Below are positions 44,992 to 48,108 of a DNA stretch of 48,108 nucleotides, in pieces. The position numbers and the translations under genes are program-made. Origin of the DNA: Nemertoderma westbladi. Taxonomy: Eukaryota > Animalia > Xenacoelomorpha. A model generated the notes under the pieces. It searched no databases, was not told the DNA's origin, and saw nothing but the letters and a program-made list of their open reading frames with translations. How positions within the stretch are numbered: the first letter of the stretch is position 1; every line of letters begins with the position of its first letter. The DNA is taken from NCBI GenBank assembly GCA_032718475.1, contig JAUCBJ010005447.1, positions 1 through 48,108 on the forward strand. The letters are read 5' to 3'.

Positions 44992-47900
44992 CCGTAGGCG
45001 CGGGTGACTTTGCCATTGGTGGTGACATTGCCAGTGTGTATATTGATTTTCTCTTTAATAATATGAGGAACAGTTTAAGACAATTGAGACAATTTGGTTG
45101 TTTAGTGGCATAGTATTTATGTAAAGCCATATAAAATTTTACAAAAGTTGTAAAAATAGACAGTAACTAATGATTTGAAGCATCTACAAAATTTGCATAA
45201 TAATTTTCATAAAAATTATTATTTGATCAGATAAAAAAAAAGTTGTAAACAAAGTGTTCTAGGAAATAGAAATTATATAAAACCTGATATATAGTGATAG
45301 TTTATTATTATTGAGTTTAATTTTTTATGATATTACCCAGACATAGTTGTGTAAAATACAATGGCAAAGTCACCCCAACTCTGACAAGGAACAACTGAAT
45401 AGGGCTGTTATTTTGTTTATGATGTAGGCCTTTTATACGGTATTAATATTCAGATATTTAATATAATAGCCTAAAAACTTTACTCCACATTTCATTATCT
45501 GCTTGCATATAATTATAGTAGTACCATAGTGAAATGCTGAAATGCTGAAATGCTTGCAGGCCTATCCTTTACATCACATAGCGTTTTAGTTGTACTGGTA
45601 CCGATACTTACTTATGGCATATCATTTAATTAACTATCCTAAACTTTAGTTCTGGTACTAAAAGTTATAATAATGACTTAGTATCAGCTTAGGATGCCTG
45701 ACACTTATAAACGTAAACTTGGCTCACGTTCTTATCGAAATTATACTGAAGATGCTCTCATAAAGGCAGTGGACGAAATTCGGGGAGGTAAAACTGCAAA
45801 ATCAGTTTCCGAAAAGTATAACATACCACGCCGAACATTAGGAAATAAGTTAAAGAAACTTCATACAAAACCGGTAGGGGGACAGAAGGTGCTCACTTGA
45901 AGAGAATGTCATTGAAACATGACATTGAAGAGAATGTCATTAAGGATAGCATTCTACAATGTGCGGAATATGGTATGCCATTGGACTCATTTGACTTACG
46001 AATGTTGGTGAAGTCTTATTTGGATAGTATTGGTAGAGAAATAAAGAATTTTACAAATAATATCCCAGGTCGTTCCTGGTTGAAGCGGTTTCTCAAGCGA
46101 CATAAGAAGGATCTAAGTGAATGGAAATGTCAAAATATAAACAGAGTAAGGGCGATGGTGGGACCTGATGAACTCAAAGAATATTTCTATCACCTTGCGA
46201 AAACATTGGACGGAGTTCCTCCAGACAATATACTGAATTATGATGAGACGAACTTTTCTGACAATCCTGGTGAAAGGAAGATGATATTTAAACGAGGATG
46301 TAAATATCCGGAAAGGAATATTAACTCAACTAAAGGTTGCATATCAGTTATGTTCACTGGGACTGCAACTGGGGCACTTTTGCCTCAATATGTCATTTAT
46401 AAAGCTGTACACTTGTGGAATTCCTGGATAATTGGTGGACCACCTGTAACTCGATATGGTCGAAGTGCAAGTGGATGGCAGGATTTGGTGAACTACGGTG
46501 AATACTTCGAAACAATTATTGTTCCATGGGCCGAAGGTCTACCTGGGAAGAAAGTCATTATTGGCGATAATTTGAGTTCCCATCTCAGCACTACGGTATT
46601 AAAGCGATGTGAGGAGTTGGATATTTCCTTTGTTCTATTACCGGCTAATTCAACCCATATATGTCAACCCCTCGATGTCAGCTACTTCGCACCCATGAAG
46701 AGAAAATGGAGGAAACTATTAGAGGAAGATAAGTTTAAGCACCCTGGATCAAAGAGTCTCGATAAATCACGATTCCCAATGCTACTACGAAAACTAGTCA
46801 CAGAATTACAAATGACCACTCCAGAGAATCTGAAGGCTGGTTTCCGAACGTGTGGAATTTTTCCACTTAATTCCGCTGCTGTGCTGGAGAAACTACCAGG
46901 TGGAAGGCCATCTTCTAGCACTGCCACTATACGTGATTCTGTTAGTAATTCACTGTTGAATTACTTGAAGTTGTGTCATTATGGTGATCCTCAGGATGTC
47001 AATTCAACCAAGAAATCTACTGGCAAGAAGAAGAAACTTAATGTTGCCCCTGGCAAGTCGGTGACAGCTGCTGATATTGAAATGCCAGCAGCACCACAAC
47101 CAGATATTGAACCGGAGGAAGCTGATTTAAATGACGAAGATAGAAGTGAAAGTTGTGTGTCTTCTGATACTATACACCCAAGTGCATCTGAGGAAACCTC
47201 AGATTCCAGTACCGGTAATCAACAAGAATACAATGGATTTAACAATCAAGCGCTTACCACCTTTACCAATCTTAATGATTTCTATGGGGGTATGCTGGTT
47301 GTGGCGGTTTATGATAAAGACTGGTTTATAGCTGAGGTTGTAACTGTAAATAATGCCGTGGAACATATGGATCTTAAATGTTCCTTTATGGGTAGGGTTA
47401 AACAAAATTGCACGTTTTGGTTTTGGCCAAGTGCACGGGATGAGTGCAATATACCTCTAAATGGGGTTTTGGGTTTATTTAGATCAGAATTATTAATTCC
47501 TATGAATCTGAGAAACTGTTTTAAAATTGGGTCTAATACTAAGAACAACATTGATGAGGCCTTTGCAGCATATAATGCAGCATATAAATGACTTATGTGA
47601 TAGTTATTATGCATATCCAAGATTATAGACTTGACCTTGACTCTTGTTTGAATGGAATGTACTGGTATATGATAGTGATGCTAAAATATACAGTAAAACT
47701 TAATTACAATATATACTGGTAACGTAATATGCAATTTTTTTTTAGGATAGATAATACCACTGCAAACTGGTATATGCAATACATTAATAATGCAATATAT
47801 TACTAGAGTATACTATAGGATAGTGCAGCAATAATGTTATAATACTGCCTTATATTAAATAAGCTTGTGATATACGTCATGTTATATGGCCTATTCAACT

Positions 47901-48108
47901 TTTGAGCTTCCAAGTTTTTTTAAAAATAATATGGAGTGGCAAACTAGCCCTTAACCATGCTTACATTGCCAGTGATATAGTAGTAATATTGATTGGCAAA
48001 GTCACCCACTTATTAGGGTTACTTTGCCATCCCTGAAAATTTTTAAAAATATTACCATAATATGTGGAAATTTTGGGTTTTATGCAAATCCACATACATA
48101 TATCAAAT
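44992..48108 (+). mobile_element. pogo-type (Tc1/mariner superfamily) DNA transposon, right end outside the window
   Basis: TA|CCGTAGGCGCGGGTGACTTTGCCA left end. GGTGACTTTGCCA/TGGCAAAGTCACC subterminal motifs at ~45003, 45022, 45362, 47994 and 48017. Confidence 0.8.
45694..47591 (+). CDS. pogo/Tigger-like transposase (HTH_psq, CENP-B-type HTH, DDE_1, DD35D) with frameshift at ~45898
   Basis: YTEDALIKAV..YNIPRRTL; PGRSWLKRFLKRH; NYDET; IIGDN; QPLD with 35 residues between the last two Asp. Confidence 0.92.

Overview
AT-rich eukaryotic (probably invertebrate animal) genomic window made almost entirely of nested transposable elements. No intact host gene is visible. Main parts: (1) a young, full-length 14.5-kb BEL/Pao LTR retrotransposon (11377-25925; 548/547-bp TG..CA LTRs, GTCAG target-site duplication). 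After integrase it carries an extra ORF resembling a DEDDy 3'-5' exonuclease plus three CCHC knuckles, and it lacks a canonical tRNA primer-binding site. (2) A decayed relative on the minus strand (~38950-44991) with the same extra ORF. (3) An intron-containing CARF-like/MULE transposase pseudogene split by the BEL insertion. (4) A THAP/P-element transposon (31578-35110, 8-bp TSD) sitting in one arm of an almost spacer-free ~3-kb palindrome. (5) A pogo-type DD35D transposon from 44992 running off the window. (6) Two tandem tRNA-promoter/hammerhead-ribozyme units 365 nt apart (retrozyme-like). Also present: MITEs, LINE fragments, minisatellites and Tc1/mariner-type excision footprints. All family calls come from motif recognition by eye, not database searches.
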